A DNA stretch of 54,796 nt, taken from the NCBI GenBank assembly GCA_041308165.1, contig JBFZCB010000001.1, forward strand, positions 1-54,796, given 5' to 3'. Below are positions 37,098 to 47,124 of this stretch, piece by piece (the first letter of the stretch is position 1; every line of letters begins with the position of its first letter). The notes beneath the pieces were generated by a model. It was not told the origin of the DNA. It saw only the letters and a program-made list of their open reading frames with translations, and did no database searches. The DNA comes from Caulobacterales bacterium (GTDB lineage Bacteria > Pseudomonadota > Alphaproteobacteria > Caulobacterales > Caulobacteraceae). A program made the position numbers and the translations under genes.

Positions 37098-37634
37098 TCA
37101 GCCGGGCCGATCCATCGGCCCGGCTGTGTCAAGACCATCGCCACGCCCGGTCCGCTCGCGTTTTTGTCCAGCGGCATCACCCCCGCTCCCCCGGCGCTTG
37201 AGGATCCGACTGAAGGCTGCACGATCTGAAGCCTCAAGGGTGCCAAGGAGCGCCACAGCATCGCTCTCAAGCCTGACCCGGCCTCTCATTTCCGCCGCCC
37301 GCGAGGCCTCAAGGGCCTCAGCGACAGCGGCAGAATCGAGCGTGGCTCCAGCGGCCAGTTCTGCAGCCCGACGACGAGCCGCGCGAGAAGCCTCGAAATC
37401 CGGGCGAGCCGCCAGAGCCGAGGCCCGCATCGTGGCCCTGACGCGGTCGCGTACCTCCGGGTCCATCTCGACGAGGACTTCACGCAGCGGGCCGCGTTGG
37501 ACCGGCATGCGCATTTCAGCAACACGCACCTGCTCGCGCTTGATGCCCATCCAGACCGTTACCCCTGCCGCAACAGCAAACAGGTTGAAGGCGACAGATA
37601 TGGCCAGAACAATGCCCAGAAGACGGGGGTTCAT
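37098..37634 (-). CDS. Periplasmic heavy-metal sensor family protein (Spy/CpxP/CnrX-like)
   Basis: LAISVAFNLFAVAAG anchor followed by a helical Arg/Ala-rich domain. Last gene of the ECF operon. Confidence 0.78.
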   Translation of the reverse strand: MNPRLLGIVLAISVAFNLFAVAAGVTVWMGIKREQVRVAEMRMPVQRGPLREVLVEMDPEVRDRVRATMRASALAARPDFEASRAARRRAAELAAGATLDSAAVAEALEASRAAEMRGRVRLESDAVALLGTLEASDRAAFSRILKRRGSGGDAAGQKRERTGRGDGLDTAGPMDRPG

Positions 37635-38059
37635 CCGACAAGCTCGCTGTCATCAAGCGTCGACTGCGATGCCTGATAAAGAATGGCATCCGCGCTTGCA
37701 TCCGCACTGACCTGTGCACTCAGGATGAACCCGGCCGCAACACCTGCACAGGCTGCGGCAGTCCAGCCGGCCCCGAAAGCCAGGGCCAGCCGGTCGCGCC
37801 AGATCCGGAACCGGCGGGGCCCAAGCCCGGCCGACAGGGCACTGGCCAGCACCCGATCGCGCAGGGCCATGGATACAGCAGGCTGGCGCGAAGCCAAAAG
37901 AAGAGCATCAAGCTGACGCCCCGCATCCAGCTTCACGGCGAGTTCGGGCACTGCTTTCAAAAAGGCACGGGCCGCCTCGCGCTCAGCCTCGGGCCAGCGG
38001 CACAGATCACCTCCATAGGCGTCTACAAGGTGCTGCAGCCTCTGTTCGTTCATCGTCAT
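37631..38059 (-). CDS. Putative anti-sigma factor
   Basis: AYGGDL.RWPEAER N-terminus and a single TM helix. Translationally coupled to the sigma gene. Confidence 0.75.
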   Translation of the reverse strand: MTMNEQRLQHLVDAYGGDLCRWPEAEREAARAFLKAVPELAVKLDAGRQLDALLLASRQPAVSMALRDRVLASALSAGLGPRRFRIWRDRLALAFGAGWTAAACAGVAAGFILSAQVSADASADAILYQASQSTLDDSELVG

Positions 38060-38625
38060 CCTCGATCAGCCCCCCGATCCTCGGCCAGATCGGCCAATGA
38101 AACTCTCAGCGCGCGCCGCCCTCGTGCCAGCAGGCTTTCTAGAGCCTCGACACTGATCTCCATGAGACCCGCTGCCTCTATATTGGTCAGTTCCTGGTAA
38201 TGGCAAAGGACGATAGCCTCGCGCTGGCGATCGGGAAGCCTGGTGAGAGCCTGCTCGACCCTCACCCCCGCCTCTGCCGAAAGAAGTCCCTGGTCTGGAG
38301 CCGGCCCTTCGTCGACACGTTCGGGAAGGGTCGCAGCCGGTATGTCCCGACGTCGCCGCAGAACGTCGTAACATAGATTGAGCGCCACCCTGTGCAGCCA
38401 GGTATCGAACCTTGCCTTGCCCGGCGTCCACTTCGGTGCCTGTCTCCAGGCCCGGAGCATCGCCTCCTGCGCTACATCCTCGGCCTCCACCGCATCGCCT
38501 AGCATCCGCCTGGCCAGGGCCAGCATGCGGGGCAGCTTGCGCGCAACCATCGCCTGGATGGCCGCGGCGTCGCCACGACCAACCCGGCTGATCAGTTCCT
38601 CGTCGGGGTCGGCGATACGCGCCAA
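38056..38625 (-). CDS. ECF RNA polymerase sigma factor
   Basis: AEDVAQEAMLRAW and WLHRVALNLCYD (region 2), LPDRQREAIVL and ESLLARGRRAL (region 4). Likely TTG start at 38625. Confidence 0.92.
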   Translation of the reverse strand: MARIADPDEELISRVGRGDAAAIQAMVARKLPRMLALARRMLGDAVEAEDVAQEAMLRAWRQAPKWTPGKARFDTWLHRVALNLCYDVLRRRRDIPAATLPERVDEGPAPDQGLLSAEAGVRVEQALTRLPDRQREAIVLCHYQELTNIEAAGLMEISVEALESLLARGRRALRVSLADLAEDRGADRG

Positions 38626-38690
38626 ATTGACCTCTAGCTTCACCTGCCATCACGTCCGGCCAGTCAGGATTGACCCGACCTGCCATCCTA

Positions 38691-39524
38691 CTACTCCGAA
38701 GTGGGTGCCGCAGGCGATGCCTGTGCCGGATCTGCCTGCATTCGGCCCGGGCGCCTCATGGGGCGTCCTTCACGACCCATAGCGGAGCGCTGGCCTGCCT
38801 GGCCCATCATAGCCTGACGCTCACTGCGGCTTATGAAACCGTCTGCATCCTGGTCTAGGCGGCTGAATAGGGCCTCAGCTCTCGTCCTGGCTTCGGATAG
38901 AAGAAGGGGAGCCGGCTGGGCTGCTGGTGACGTCCGGTCCATTCCCGGACCTGAACGGGCGTGCCTGGGGCCATGGCCCCGGCCCTCTCTATGCGCCCTC
39001 ATACCCTGCATACCCCTCATACCCTGCGCCCCATCTTCCCGGGTCTGGGCTGCAGCCGGATCGCGGGTCGCTGAGGGGCCGTAATGGCGTGGAGCCCGCC
39101 GCTCTCCGCGTCGGCTTGCGACTTTTTGACGGGCCGCGTCGAACTCTGCGCGGCTCACAGATCCATTGCTGTCAGCATCAAGTCGCTCAAATCGGCGTGT
39201 CGCGTGCTCAGCCATGCGGTCCTGACGCCAGGTCATGCGCTCGCCGGCACTGATCGTCCCGTCGTTGTCCCTATCCATGGCCACAAGAGGACGCAGGCGG
39301 GCGTCAATGAACTCAGCACGCGATATCCTGCCGTCGCCGTCTGCGTCAGGACGCGGGCGGCCGGGTCGCGTAATCGGTTGGGGGGCCGTCTCGGCAGGGC
39401 CGGAGGCAGAGATCTGGCTAGCGGAAACACCTGCTCCCACAGCCGGATTGCCGGCTACGGCCACTCCGGCTGTCAGGGTAAGACAGGCTGCGGCGATGCC
39501 GCAAAGGCGCTTGGCTCGGGTCAT
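38691..39524 (-). CDS. Exported EF-hand protein
   Basis: Signal peptide and four loops: DADGDGRISRAE, DRDNDGTISAGE, DADSNGSVSRAE, DQDADGFISRSE. Confidence 0.88.
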   Translation of the reverse strand: MTRAKRLCGIAAACLTLTAGVAVAGNPAVGAGVSASQISASGPAETAPQPITRPGRPRPDADGDGRISRAEFIDARLRPLVAMDRDNDGTISAGERMTWRQDRMAEHATRRFERLDADSNGSVSRAEFDAARQKVASRRGERRAPRHYGPSATRDPAAAQTREDGAQGMRGMQGMRAHREGRGHGPRHARSGPGMDRTSPAAQPAPLLLSEARTRAEALFSRLDQDADGFISRSERQAMMGQAGQRSAMGREGRPMRRPGRMQADPAQASPAAPTSE

Positions 39525-39590
39525 GATGATGTCCTCGAAATGAGTGCGCGGATATCCGCGCTTCCGGGGAGTTCAACGCAGGACAGAGTT

Positions 39591-42509
39591 TTATCCGTCG
39601 CAGATAGAGTCTCTCCTGCCAGGTACTGCAGGTAAGATCGCTTCAAACGCCAGACGCGCAGCCCTCCGGTCTGCCGTCAACCGGGCAACCAGGGTCGCGA
39701 AATCCGCCTCACCCGTCGCCATAGCCAATCGCTGACGAAAGGGTGCCGGCTCGGCTTCTGGATCGGGACGCTCATCGAATGCACAGGCAAATAGCTGGCC
39801 CAGTCCCTGCTGAAGTCGCCAAGCCTGGGCCAGAACGGGATCATCGACAAGTTGTTCAAGCGTATAGGGTGAAAGGGGCCCACCCGAGGCTGCAGCCTGC
39901 AGCTGGCGGAACTGTCCAACGAACTCTGCATCGACAAGGCCCCCCGGTGACAGCTTGAGGTCCCAAAAGCCTGATGGTCGCCTCTCACGATCCATCAGAT
40001 CGCGCATGGATCTGATGTCACCGGCCACGTCCACACCGGGCCTGGGTCGGCGCAGCACGGTCTGGATTATCGCGCCGACCTTATCGGCAAAGGCTGCATC
40101 ACTGGCCCAGGCGACCCGGGCGCGCGTCAAGGCCATGAACTCCCAGGTCGCCGCTTCCCCAGCATAATAGTCATCAAAGGCCGACAGTCGAACCGATACC
40201 GGGCCCTTGGAGCCAGAAGGCCTGAGGCGCATGTCGACCTCATAAAGCCCACCCTCGGCGGTATGGGCCGACAGGGCAGAGATCAGCCTTTGGGTAAAGC
40301 GGATGTTGAACACATCTGCCGTCCAGCCCTTGATGGAAGAGAGGGCCTCAAAGGGGGCCTCATAGACCGTCATGAGGTCCAGGTCCGATCCGGCCGTCAT
40401 TTCGCCCGAACCCGCCTTGCCCAAGGCGATCACCGCCGAGGCCCCTGTCATGCTACCGCCGATCCGGACGGTTTCGGCCATGGCCGCATCGGCCAGCACA
40501 CGTATGACAGCATCGGCCAGATTGGTGAAAGCGCGTCCAGCCGTCTCCGGGCTCACCCGGCCGCTGAGGGTCTGGATTCCGATCCGAAACTGCTGTTCAC
40601 GATGAAGGCGGCGCACGGCATTCATCGCTCCCTCGAAGTCGCCCGCTCCTGCAGCCTCATCAGCCATCTGGTCAAACAGACCCGTGGAGGGACCGAGCTG
40701 GGCATGGAAGCGGGAATCCAGCATGGAATCCAGCGCCGCCGGATATCGCCCCAGTGTCCGGGCAAGCCGTGGCGCGAAGGCCATTACGGCCAGGATCATT
40801 TCAAACAGTTCGGGTTGATTCAGAAAAAGGGCCTGGACCTGAACACCCGAGTTCATCCCCGCAAAGAAGGTGGCAAACCGTGTGAAGGCCGCATCCGGGG
40901 CCTCGGTGCGGGCCAGGGCTTCCAGAAGCCTAGGAGCCAGGCGGGTAAACAGTTCACGACCCCGGGAGGTCCGTGTGGCGGCTATATGACCGTGATGCCA
41001 GCCGCGGATGGTGTCTGCGACAGATGCAGGCTCGCTGAACCCCATGCGTTTCAGCGTCTCGATCGTCTCCGGATCATTGTCGACGCCCGTGAAGACCAGG
41101 CTACCATAGGATGAGGACAGGTCCTCCTCACCCTCGAATAGCCTGCCATAGTAGCTGTTGACCCCAACCAGAAGCTGCTCAACCCCGGCATCGAAAGCGG
41201 CAAGATCGCCACTCCCCGACAGGGCCGCAACGGCAGACCGAGCCACGGGGTCGGCCGGCAGAACGTGGGTCTGTTCATCCTCCAGCATCTGGACCCTGTG
41301 CTCAAGACAGCGCAGCCGGCCATAGGCCGCCGTGAGATCACGGGCAACGTCTGCGGGCACGTGTCCAGCCTCACTGAGTGCTGCAAGGGCCAAGTCTGTT
41401 CGACGGGTCCGCAGACTGCGATCGCGCCCGCCCAGAATCAACTGCTGGGTCTGGGCATAGAACTCGATCTCTCGAATGCCGCCGCGGCCAAGCTTCAGAT
41501 TGGCTCCAGCCGGTTGCAGGGCCGTTCCCGTCTTGTGGGCATGGATCTGCCGCTTGATGGACTGGATATCCAACACCGCCTGATAATCCAGGCTGCGCCT
41601 CCAGACAAAGGGTACCAGGGCCTGGAGGAAGGCTTCGCCGGCCTCGATATCGCCACAGAAGGCACGGGCCTTGATAAAAGCGGCCCTCTCCCAGTTCTGA
41701 CCTACGGATTCATAATAGGCCAGGGCCATCGGGGTAGCGACGGCCGGGGGTGTCGACGAGGGGTCCGGGCGCAGCCTGAGGTCTACACGGAATACATATC
41801 CGTCTGCTGTCCGCTCCTGCATCAGCACAGAAAGCGCCTGGGCAAGCCGATCGACGAAGCCCTGAATTTCCACGCCCGGTGCCAGGACCGAACCCAGACG
41901 ATCAGGATCGTAGAAAAAGGAAATGTCGATGTCGGAGGAATAGTTGAGTTCGAATGCGCCGTGCTTGCCCATGGCCAGGATAAAAAGCCCGGGCACGGGT
42001 CCCGCAGGCCCGTCCTCGGCCGCCAACAACCTTCCACGCGCCCGCAGATCCGTGGCTACAGCTCTCAGGGCCGCCTGTGTTGATGCGTCTGCAAAGGCAG
42101 ACAGGGCATGGGTCACAGCCTCCAGATCCCAGACCCCCCCGAGGTCGCACAGGGCTGTCAGAAGGTGGAGGTCTCCCTTGAGCTGTCGAAGTGGAGCCTT
42201 GATGGCCTCAGCCCCCCCCTCCAGCTTCAAGGTCGCCTCAAGAATCCGGTCCAGCTGACGGTCGGGAGCATCCGACAAGAGCCGCCAAAGTCGGTCTGTC
42301 GGCCTTCGGGCCAGGCTGAGCAGATAGGGTGAGGCGGCAAACACAGGTTCGAGAGCTGGCCAGGCCTTGGCCAGCTGCGCCTGCCAGTCCCCCTCCCCAT
42401 CCCCCGGATCGGGCAGCTCATCCAGCCGCTGGCGGGCACGCAAACCCGCCTCGGGGTCAAGGACTGGCCCACAGGGACGCAAGAGGCTGACAAGGGCGGC
42501 CGGGTTCAT
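39591..42509 (-). CDS. glnE: Glutamine synthetase adenylyltransferase / adenylyl-removing enzyme
   Basis: MGKHGAFELNYSSDID, RVDLRLRPDP, NLKLGRGGIREIEF, second NT domain GSDLD and DMRLRPSG. Confidence 0.95.
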   Translation of the reverse strand: MNPAALVSLLRPCGPVLDPEAGLRARQRLDELPDPGDGEGDWQAQLAKAWPALEPVFAASPYLLSLARRPTDRLWRLLSDAPDRQLDRILEATLKLEGGAEAIKAPLRQLKGDLHLLTALCDLGGVWDLEAVTHALSAFADASTQAALRAVATDLRARGRLLAAEDGPAGPVPGLFILAMGKHGAFELNYSSDIDISFFYDPDRLGSVLAPGVEIQGFVDRLAQALSVLMQERTADGYVFRVDLRLRPDPSSTPPAVATPMALAYYESVGQNWERAAFIKARAFCGDIEAGEAFLQALVPFVWRRSLDYQAVLDIQSIKRQIHAHKTGTALQPAGANLKLGRGGIREIEFYAQTQQLILGGRDRSLRTRRTDLALAALSEAGHVPADVARDLTAAYGRLRCLEHRVQMLEDEQTHVLPADPVARSAVAALSGSGDLAAFDAGVEQLLVGVNSYYGRLFEGEEDLSSSYGSLVFTGVDNDPETIETLKRMGFSEPASVADTIRGWHHGHIAATRTSRGRELFTRLAPRLLEALARTEAPDAAFTRFATFFAGMNSGVQVQALFLNQPELFEMILAVMAFAPRLARTLGRYPAALDSMLDSRFHAQLGPSTGLFDQMADEAAGAGDFEGAMNAVRRLHREQQFRIGIQTLSGRVSPETAGRAFTNLADAVIRVLADAAMAETVRIGGSMTGASAVIALGKAGSGEMTAGSDLDLMTVYEAPFEALSSIKGWTADVFNIRFTQRLISALSAHTAEGGLYEVDMRLRPSGSKGPVSVRLSAFDDYYAGEAATWEFMALTRARVAWASDAAFADKVGAIIQTVLRRPRPGVDVAGDIRSMRDLMDRERRPSGFWDLKLSPGGLVDAEFVGQFRQLQAAASGGPLSPYTLEQLVDDPVLAQAWRLQQGLGQLFACAFDERPDPEAEPAPFRQRLAMATGEADFATLVARLTADRRAARLAFEAILPAVPGRRDSICDG

Positions 42510-43942
42510 GATGAGGTCGCAGCCGGTGGAATGACCAGGGCAACTCGGAGACCGGGGCCAAAGCCTCCATAGATGCCGGGCCCTTCATCAAGTTGAACAC
42601 GACCCTTATGGGCTTCAAGCACGGCGGAAACGAGAGACAGACCGAGCCCCGATCCGGCTTCAGAGCGGCTGTTATCCAGCCTGACGAACCTTTGCACTAC
42701 ACGCCCACGGTCGTCTTCAGGGACACCGGGGCCGGTGTCGGTAATCGAATACTCGATCTCCCCGGAAGACCGCCGGCGCGCCCGCAGCATGACGGCACCT
42801 CCGACGGGGGTGTATTTTATGGCATTGTCGATGACATTGGCCAGGGCCTGGGCAAGAAACGGAGGATTGCCTTCGATCATCAGCCCCTTCTCGATCTCGC
42901 TTGAGAACTCCAACCCCTTGTCCTCAGCAGCCGGCTGATAGAGTTCGGCCATGTCAGTGGCCATATCAGCGGCATCAAAGACAACCAGATCCGAAGCGCC
43001 TCCAGCTTGAAGCCGAGCGATGGCCAGGACCGTGTTGAAGGTCTTGAGCAGATTATCGGCTTCATCGAGCGCCACGGTCAACGCCTCGACACCGGAGACC
43101 TTGCCGGCCTCGGCATCAATCAAGGCCACTTCCAGCCGCGCGCGCATCCGGGTGAGCGGCGAGCGCAGGTCGTGGGCAATGGCGTCGCCGGCATGGCGGA
43201 TTGAGGACATGGAGCTCTCGAGCCGCTCCAGCATCCCGTTCATTCCCCGTCCAAGTTCCTCAAGTTCATCACCGCCCTCCACAGGCCCCCTCGCTGGCTG
43301 GCGCAGCGGGATCCTGGCCTTCAGATCTCCGTCCTGGACTGCCGCGACTACGGCGTTGAGACGACCCATTGAATGCTCAAGATTGTGGCTGACGATCAGC
43401 CCGCCTGAGACCCCCAGCAGGAGCACCAGTCCCATAGCCAGCCAAAGTGCCCGCGTCAGTCGGCCAAGATAGGCTTCCGTGTCACCAAGGTCGCGGCCGA
43501 CAAACAACCGCTCACCCCCAGAGAGTTTCATTTCTACACCAAAACCCTGTCGACGCTCCACGGTACTGTCGGCCGCAATATCGGTGAAGGTAAAGGTATC
43601 CCAGACCGGGAGGTTTCCCGTGCCGCCCGTGGACAGGGGCGACTCCGACAGGCTGGTGGTGATGATACGCCCGTCTCGCCCGACCAGCACATAGAGATAG
43701 TTACCGCCCCGCACGACCCTTTCGACAAGAACACTGTTCAGGGTGTCTGGACCTCGTGTCCGATAGATCGCGGTCAGGCTCGCAACCTCAGTCTCGACGT
43801 CGAGCCGCGCCCGGGTTCGTGCCTCCTCTGCCGAGGCAATATAGACATAGGCCAGAACCGCGGCGGCCGCTGTCGTAAAGAGCGCCAGAAACAGGAGCGT
43901 CAGCCGAAAGGGCGTACGTCGAAGAAGCGAGGGAAAGCGCAC
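42506..43942 (-). CDS. uzcS: HAMP sensor histidine kinase, probable UzcS ortholog
   Basis: Two TM helices, HAMP, AIAHDLRSPLTR, NAIKYT, GSGLGL. The degP-RR-HK-glnE order is as recalled for C. crescentus uzcRS. Confidence 0.7.
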   Translation of the reverse strand: MRFPSLLRRTPFRLTLLFLALFTTAAAAVLAYVYIASAEEARTRARLDVETEVASLTAIYRTRGPDTLNSVLVERVVRGGNYLYVLVGRDGRIITTSLSESPLSTGGTGNLPVWDTFTFTDIAADSTVERRQGFGVEMKLSGGERLFVGRDLGDTEAYLGRLTRALWLAMGLVLLLGVSGGLIVSHNLEHSMGRLNAVVAAVQDGDLKARIPLRQPARGPVEGGDELEELGRGMNGMLERLESSMSSIRHAGDAIAHDLRSPLTRMRARLEVALIDAEAGKVSGVEALTVALDEADNLLKTFNTVLAIARLQAGGASDLVVFDAADMATDMAELYQPAAEDKGLEFSSEIEKGLMIEGNPPFLAQALANVIDNAIKYTPVGGAVMLRARRRSSGEIEYSITDTGPGVPEDDRGRVVQRFVRLDNSRSEAGSGLGLSLVSAVLEAHKGRVQLDEGPGIYGGFGPGLRVALVIPPAATSS

Positions 43943-44152
43943 TAGGGATCACGCCTCCCAACCAACAGATCCCATAAGGCCAAGACCCGATCACCTGGAA
44001 ACCACAGGGGCTCATATCGCCCCGCACCGGCGCTCGGCAGCACTGCCCTTGGCAGGCAATCTCGCAAACGGCCTGACCTCAACGCCTCAACGCCCCCTCA
44101 CCAGAATCCTAGACCTCGTCCTTGGAAAGACGAAGGTGCAAGACGGCTCGCT

Positions 44153-44824
44153 TCACGCTTCAAGACGATAGCCTGCACCCCGGACGGTTTGCAGCATGGC
44201 CTTGTCAAAGCCCTTGTCGATCTTGGACCTTAGCCGGCTGATGTGAACATCAATGACATTGGTCTGCGGATCGAAATGATATTCCCAGACCTTCTCCAGC
44301 AACATGGTGCGGGTCACCGACTGACCGGCATGGCGCATCAGGAACTCCAGAAGCTGGAACTCGCGCGGCTGCAGGTCGATCTCGCTGTCAGCCCGATGCA
44401 CGGTGCGCGCAATCAGGTTCATTTCCAGGTCACCAACCTTCAGTACCGTCTGGATTCCACCCGTTTCGCGCCGGCGCGCAAGCGCCTCAACCCGGGCAAT
44501 GAGCTCGCCAAAGGCGTAGGGCTTGACCAGATAGTCATCGCCACCGGCCTTCAGACCCGTGATCCGGTCCTCGACCTCCCCCAGAGCCGACAGGAAAAGA
44601 ACTGGCGTCTGGTCTCCATCCTTGCGGAGCGTCTCGACCATGCCGATCCCGTCCAGCCGTGGCATCATCCTGTCCACGACATAGACGTCGTATCCGCCTC
44701 TTTGCGCTTCCAAAAGCCCGTAAGCGCCATCTACGGCATGACTGACCTGATGACCGGCTTCACCCAGCCCCCGCAGCATGGCTGCAGCGGCCTCAGCATC
44801 ATCTTCTACGACCAGAATCTTCAT
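44153..44824 (-). CDS. uzcR: OmpR-family response regulator, probable UzcR ortholog
   Basis: VDRMMP, GGDDYLVKPY, YHFDPQTNVIDVHISRLR. Directly downstream of degP. Confidence 0.72.
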   Translation of the reverse strand: MKILVVEDDAEAAAAMLRGLGEAGHQVSHAVDGAYGLLEAQRGGYDVYVVDRMMPRLDGIGMVETLRKDGDQTPVLFLSALGEVEDRITGLKAGGDDYLVKPYAFGELIARVEALARRRETGGIQTVLKVGDLEMNLIARTVHRADSEIDLQPREFQLLEFLMRHAGQSVTRTMLLEKVWEYHFDPQTNVIDVHISRLRSKIDKGFDKAMLQTVRGAGYRLEA

Positions 44825-44893
44825 GGATCCCCTCCCCAAAATCAAAACTGCCGCCGATGCTAACCCATCGGCGGCAATCTAGTGAGTTAAGGC

Positions 44894-46450
44894 TTATTCA
44901 GCTTTCGAAAGCTCCAGGGCAACAAGGGCTGCGCTTGGGCTTTGCGGAGCGCGAACCTGAAGCAGGACACTCGGTCTGCCGGCCGCCCGAGCCGCGTCCA
45001 CAGCGGCCTTGAAGTCAGCAGGCGTGCTGAGTGGACGACTGAATGCCCGGGTGATCACCGTGCCAGGGCGGAAGCCCATCTGCCCGGCCTTGGAGCGCGG
45101 TGCGACCTCGGTCACAACAACGCCAGCCACATCAGCCTCGATCGAGAACCGCGAACGAAGTGCAGGTGTCAGGGCACTGACCGACAGCCCCTCGACGGCC
45201 TGTGCTGCGGGAGAGGGGGTCGTTGGTCCAGCGCCGCCAGGCGTGCCGTCACGCATGGCATCCAGCTCGGCTTCCGGTGGACGACGCCCAGACCTCACCG
45301 TGACAGTCTGGAGCCGGCCTTCGCGATAGAGCTCCAGACGAAGGGTCTCGCCCACGCGGGTACCCGCTACGGCACGGGTCAGGGCATCACCCGTAAGCGT
45401 GGGGCGGCCATCGATCGAAATGACGACATCCTCCGACCGGATACCCGCCTTGTCGGCAGGTCCATCCGGAGTGACACTGTTGATCAGCACCCCCTTGACG
45501 GCTTCAGGCAAACCCAGGGCGTTGCGTTCATCATCGGTCATGGTCCGCATCGAAACGCCCAGGTACCCGCGCTCGACTTCCTGGCCACTCATCAGACGGT
45601 CTGTGATCGGCTTGGCAATGGAGGCGGGTATGGCAAAACCGATACCGACCGATCCGCCCGTCGGAGAAATGATCGCTGAGTTCACCCCGATGACACGCCC
45701 ATAGATATCAAACGTCGGACCACCGGAATTACCCCGGTTGATGGCGGCATCGATCTGGATGAAGTCGACAAATCCACGCGACTGGCCCGACGGATCCTGG
45801 CGGCTCTTGGCTGAAACAATGCCGGCCGTCGCCGTGCCGCCCAGTCCGAAGGGATTACCCACAGCCACGACCCAGTCGCCGACACGAGGATCGGCTTCCT
45901 CCTCGAAGCTGACGAAGTTGAAGTTGTCACCATCGACCTTGATCACAGCCAGGTCCGTTGGAACATCACGTCCGACGAGCCTGGCGTCGAGCCTGCGTCC
46001 ATCGGTCAGGACGACCTTGATCGAGGTGGCGTTCTCGACAACGTGGTTATTGGTGACGATGAACCCGTCCCGGGTGATGAAGAAGCCGGACCCTGCACCC
46101 TGGGCGGTCTCAGGCTCGGGATTCTCCTGCCCCTCTCCGCCACGGGGGTTGGGAATGACAAAGCCGGGGAAACCCGGAATCTGGATACCGCCTGAGGGCC
46201 TTTCAACGCGCGTCTCCACCTCAATCTGGACAACGGCTGGAGCCACCTGCTGGACGATATCAGCAAAGCTGAGCGGAGCCCCCTGAGGGGGCGCAAAGGC
46301 AAGGCCTGCAGCCCCGGCGGACGGCATGAGCTGTCCCGGACGCCCCTCGGCATTTGCTGAGGGCCAGTTGATGACCCCGCCAGCGGTTGCGCCGGCGGCG
46401 ATGATAAGGCCGGCTGCGGCCCCCAGAATGAACTCCTTGCGCTTCAGCAT
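44894..46450 (-). CDS. degP: Do/DegQ family periplasmic serine protease
   Basis: GSGF, VTNNHV, DLAVIK, DAAINRGNSGGP, two PDZ domains. Confidence 0.9.
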   Translation of the reverse strand: MLKRKEFILGAAAGLIIAAGATAGGVINWPSANAEGRPGQLMPSAGAAGLAFAPPQGAPLSFADIVQQVAPAVVQIEVETRVERPSGGIQIPGFPGFVIPNPRGGEGQENPEPETAQGAGSGFFITRDGFIVTNNHVVENATSIKVVLTDGRRLDARLVGRDVPTDLAVIKVDGDNFNFVSFEEEADPRVGDWVVAVGNPFGLGGTATAGIVSAKSRQDPSGQSRGFVDFIQIDAAINRGNSGGPTFDIYGRVIGVNSAIISPTGGSVGIGFAIPASIAKPITDRLMSGQEVERGYLGVSMRTMTDDERNALGLPEAVKGVLINSVTPDGPADKAGIRSEDVVISIDGRPTLTGDALTRAVAGTRVGETLRLELYREGRLQTVTVRSGRRPPEAELDAMRDGTPGGAGPTTPSPAAQAVEGLSVSALTPALRSRFSIEADVAGVVVTEVAPRSKAGQMGFRPGTVITRAFSRPLSTPADFKAAVDAARAAGRPSVLLQVRAPQSPSAALVALELSKAE

Positions 46451-46575
46451 CGTCGTCCTTGAAAACCCTGTGATGGTCCGATGAGCGGACCGTTCGTTGG
46501 TTGATATAGGTCCTTGAGCGGATTGGCCAACCTGCGTCAGCCAAACCGGCAGGCAAAAAGTAAGCCTGTCTGCTT

Positions 46576-47124
46576 CTAGTGGTTGCGCGGTTTTGCGTCA
46601 GGATCGGGGCGAAGCTCGGCCTCGGCAAGAAGATCCTCTATCCGGGCCTGCTCCTCCTGGGACAGGGGAAGCGTGACGGGCCGCTTCTTTCTGAGCTGGA
46701 GCACCAGCAGCAACCCTCCAATCAGGATCAGGACAAAGGGTCCAAACCAGAGCAGGGTCGTATTGAGCCGCACGGGGGGTTTGAAAAGAATATAGTCCCC
46801 CCAGCGCCTGACCAGGTCCTCGCGTATGGCCTCGTCACTGGCACCGCTCTCGATCTTTTCTCGCACCAACCGGCGCATATCCGTTGCCAGTCCCGCCTGA
46901 GACCCTGAGATGGATTCATGCTGACAGACAATGCAGCGGACCTCTGCAAACAGGGCCCTGGCTCTGGCTTCCTGCACCGTATCAGCCAGTGGTCTGTCCG
47001 GTGCCGGTGCCGGCTCAGCCCACCCGGGGCTGGCAACCATCCCCAGAAAAAGGGCGAGCAGCATGATCCTGACAAGACCAGAGAGACGGATCAGGCCAGA
47101 GCACGACTTAAGGACCATGATCAA
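46576..47124 (-). CDS. ccmH: Cytochrome c biogenesis protein CcmH (CycL)
   Basis: RCIVCQHESI, WGDYILFKPP, LLWFGP. The start is uncertain. Confidence 0.9.
   Translation of the reverse strand: MIMVLKSCSGLIRLSGLVRIMLLALFLGMVASPGWAEPAPAPDRPLADTVQEARARALFAEVRCIVCQHESISGSQAGLATDMRRLVREKIESGASDEAIREDLVRRWGDYILFKPPVRLNTTLLWFGPFVLILIGGLLLVLQLRKKRPVTLPLSQEEQARIEDLLAEAELRPDPDAKPRNH

Noticed and set aside
38642..38687. 10-bp direct repeat ACCTGCCATC between the EF-hand and sigma genes
   Set aside because: It flanks only 26 nt, with no element inside. Possibly a small duplication scar.
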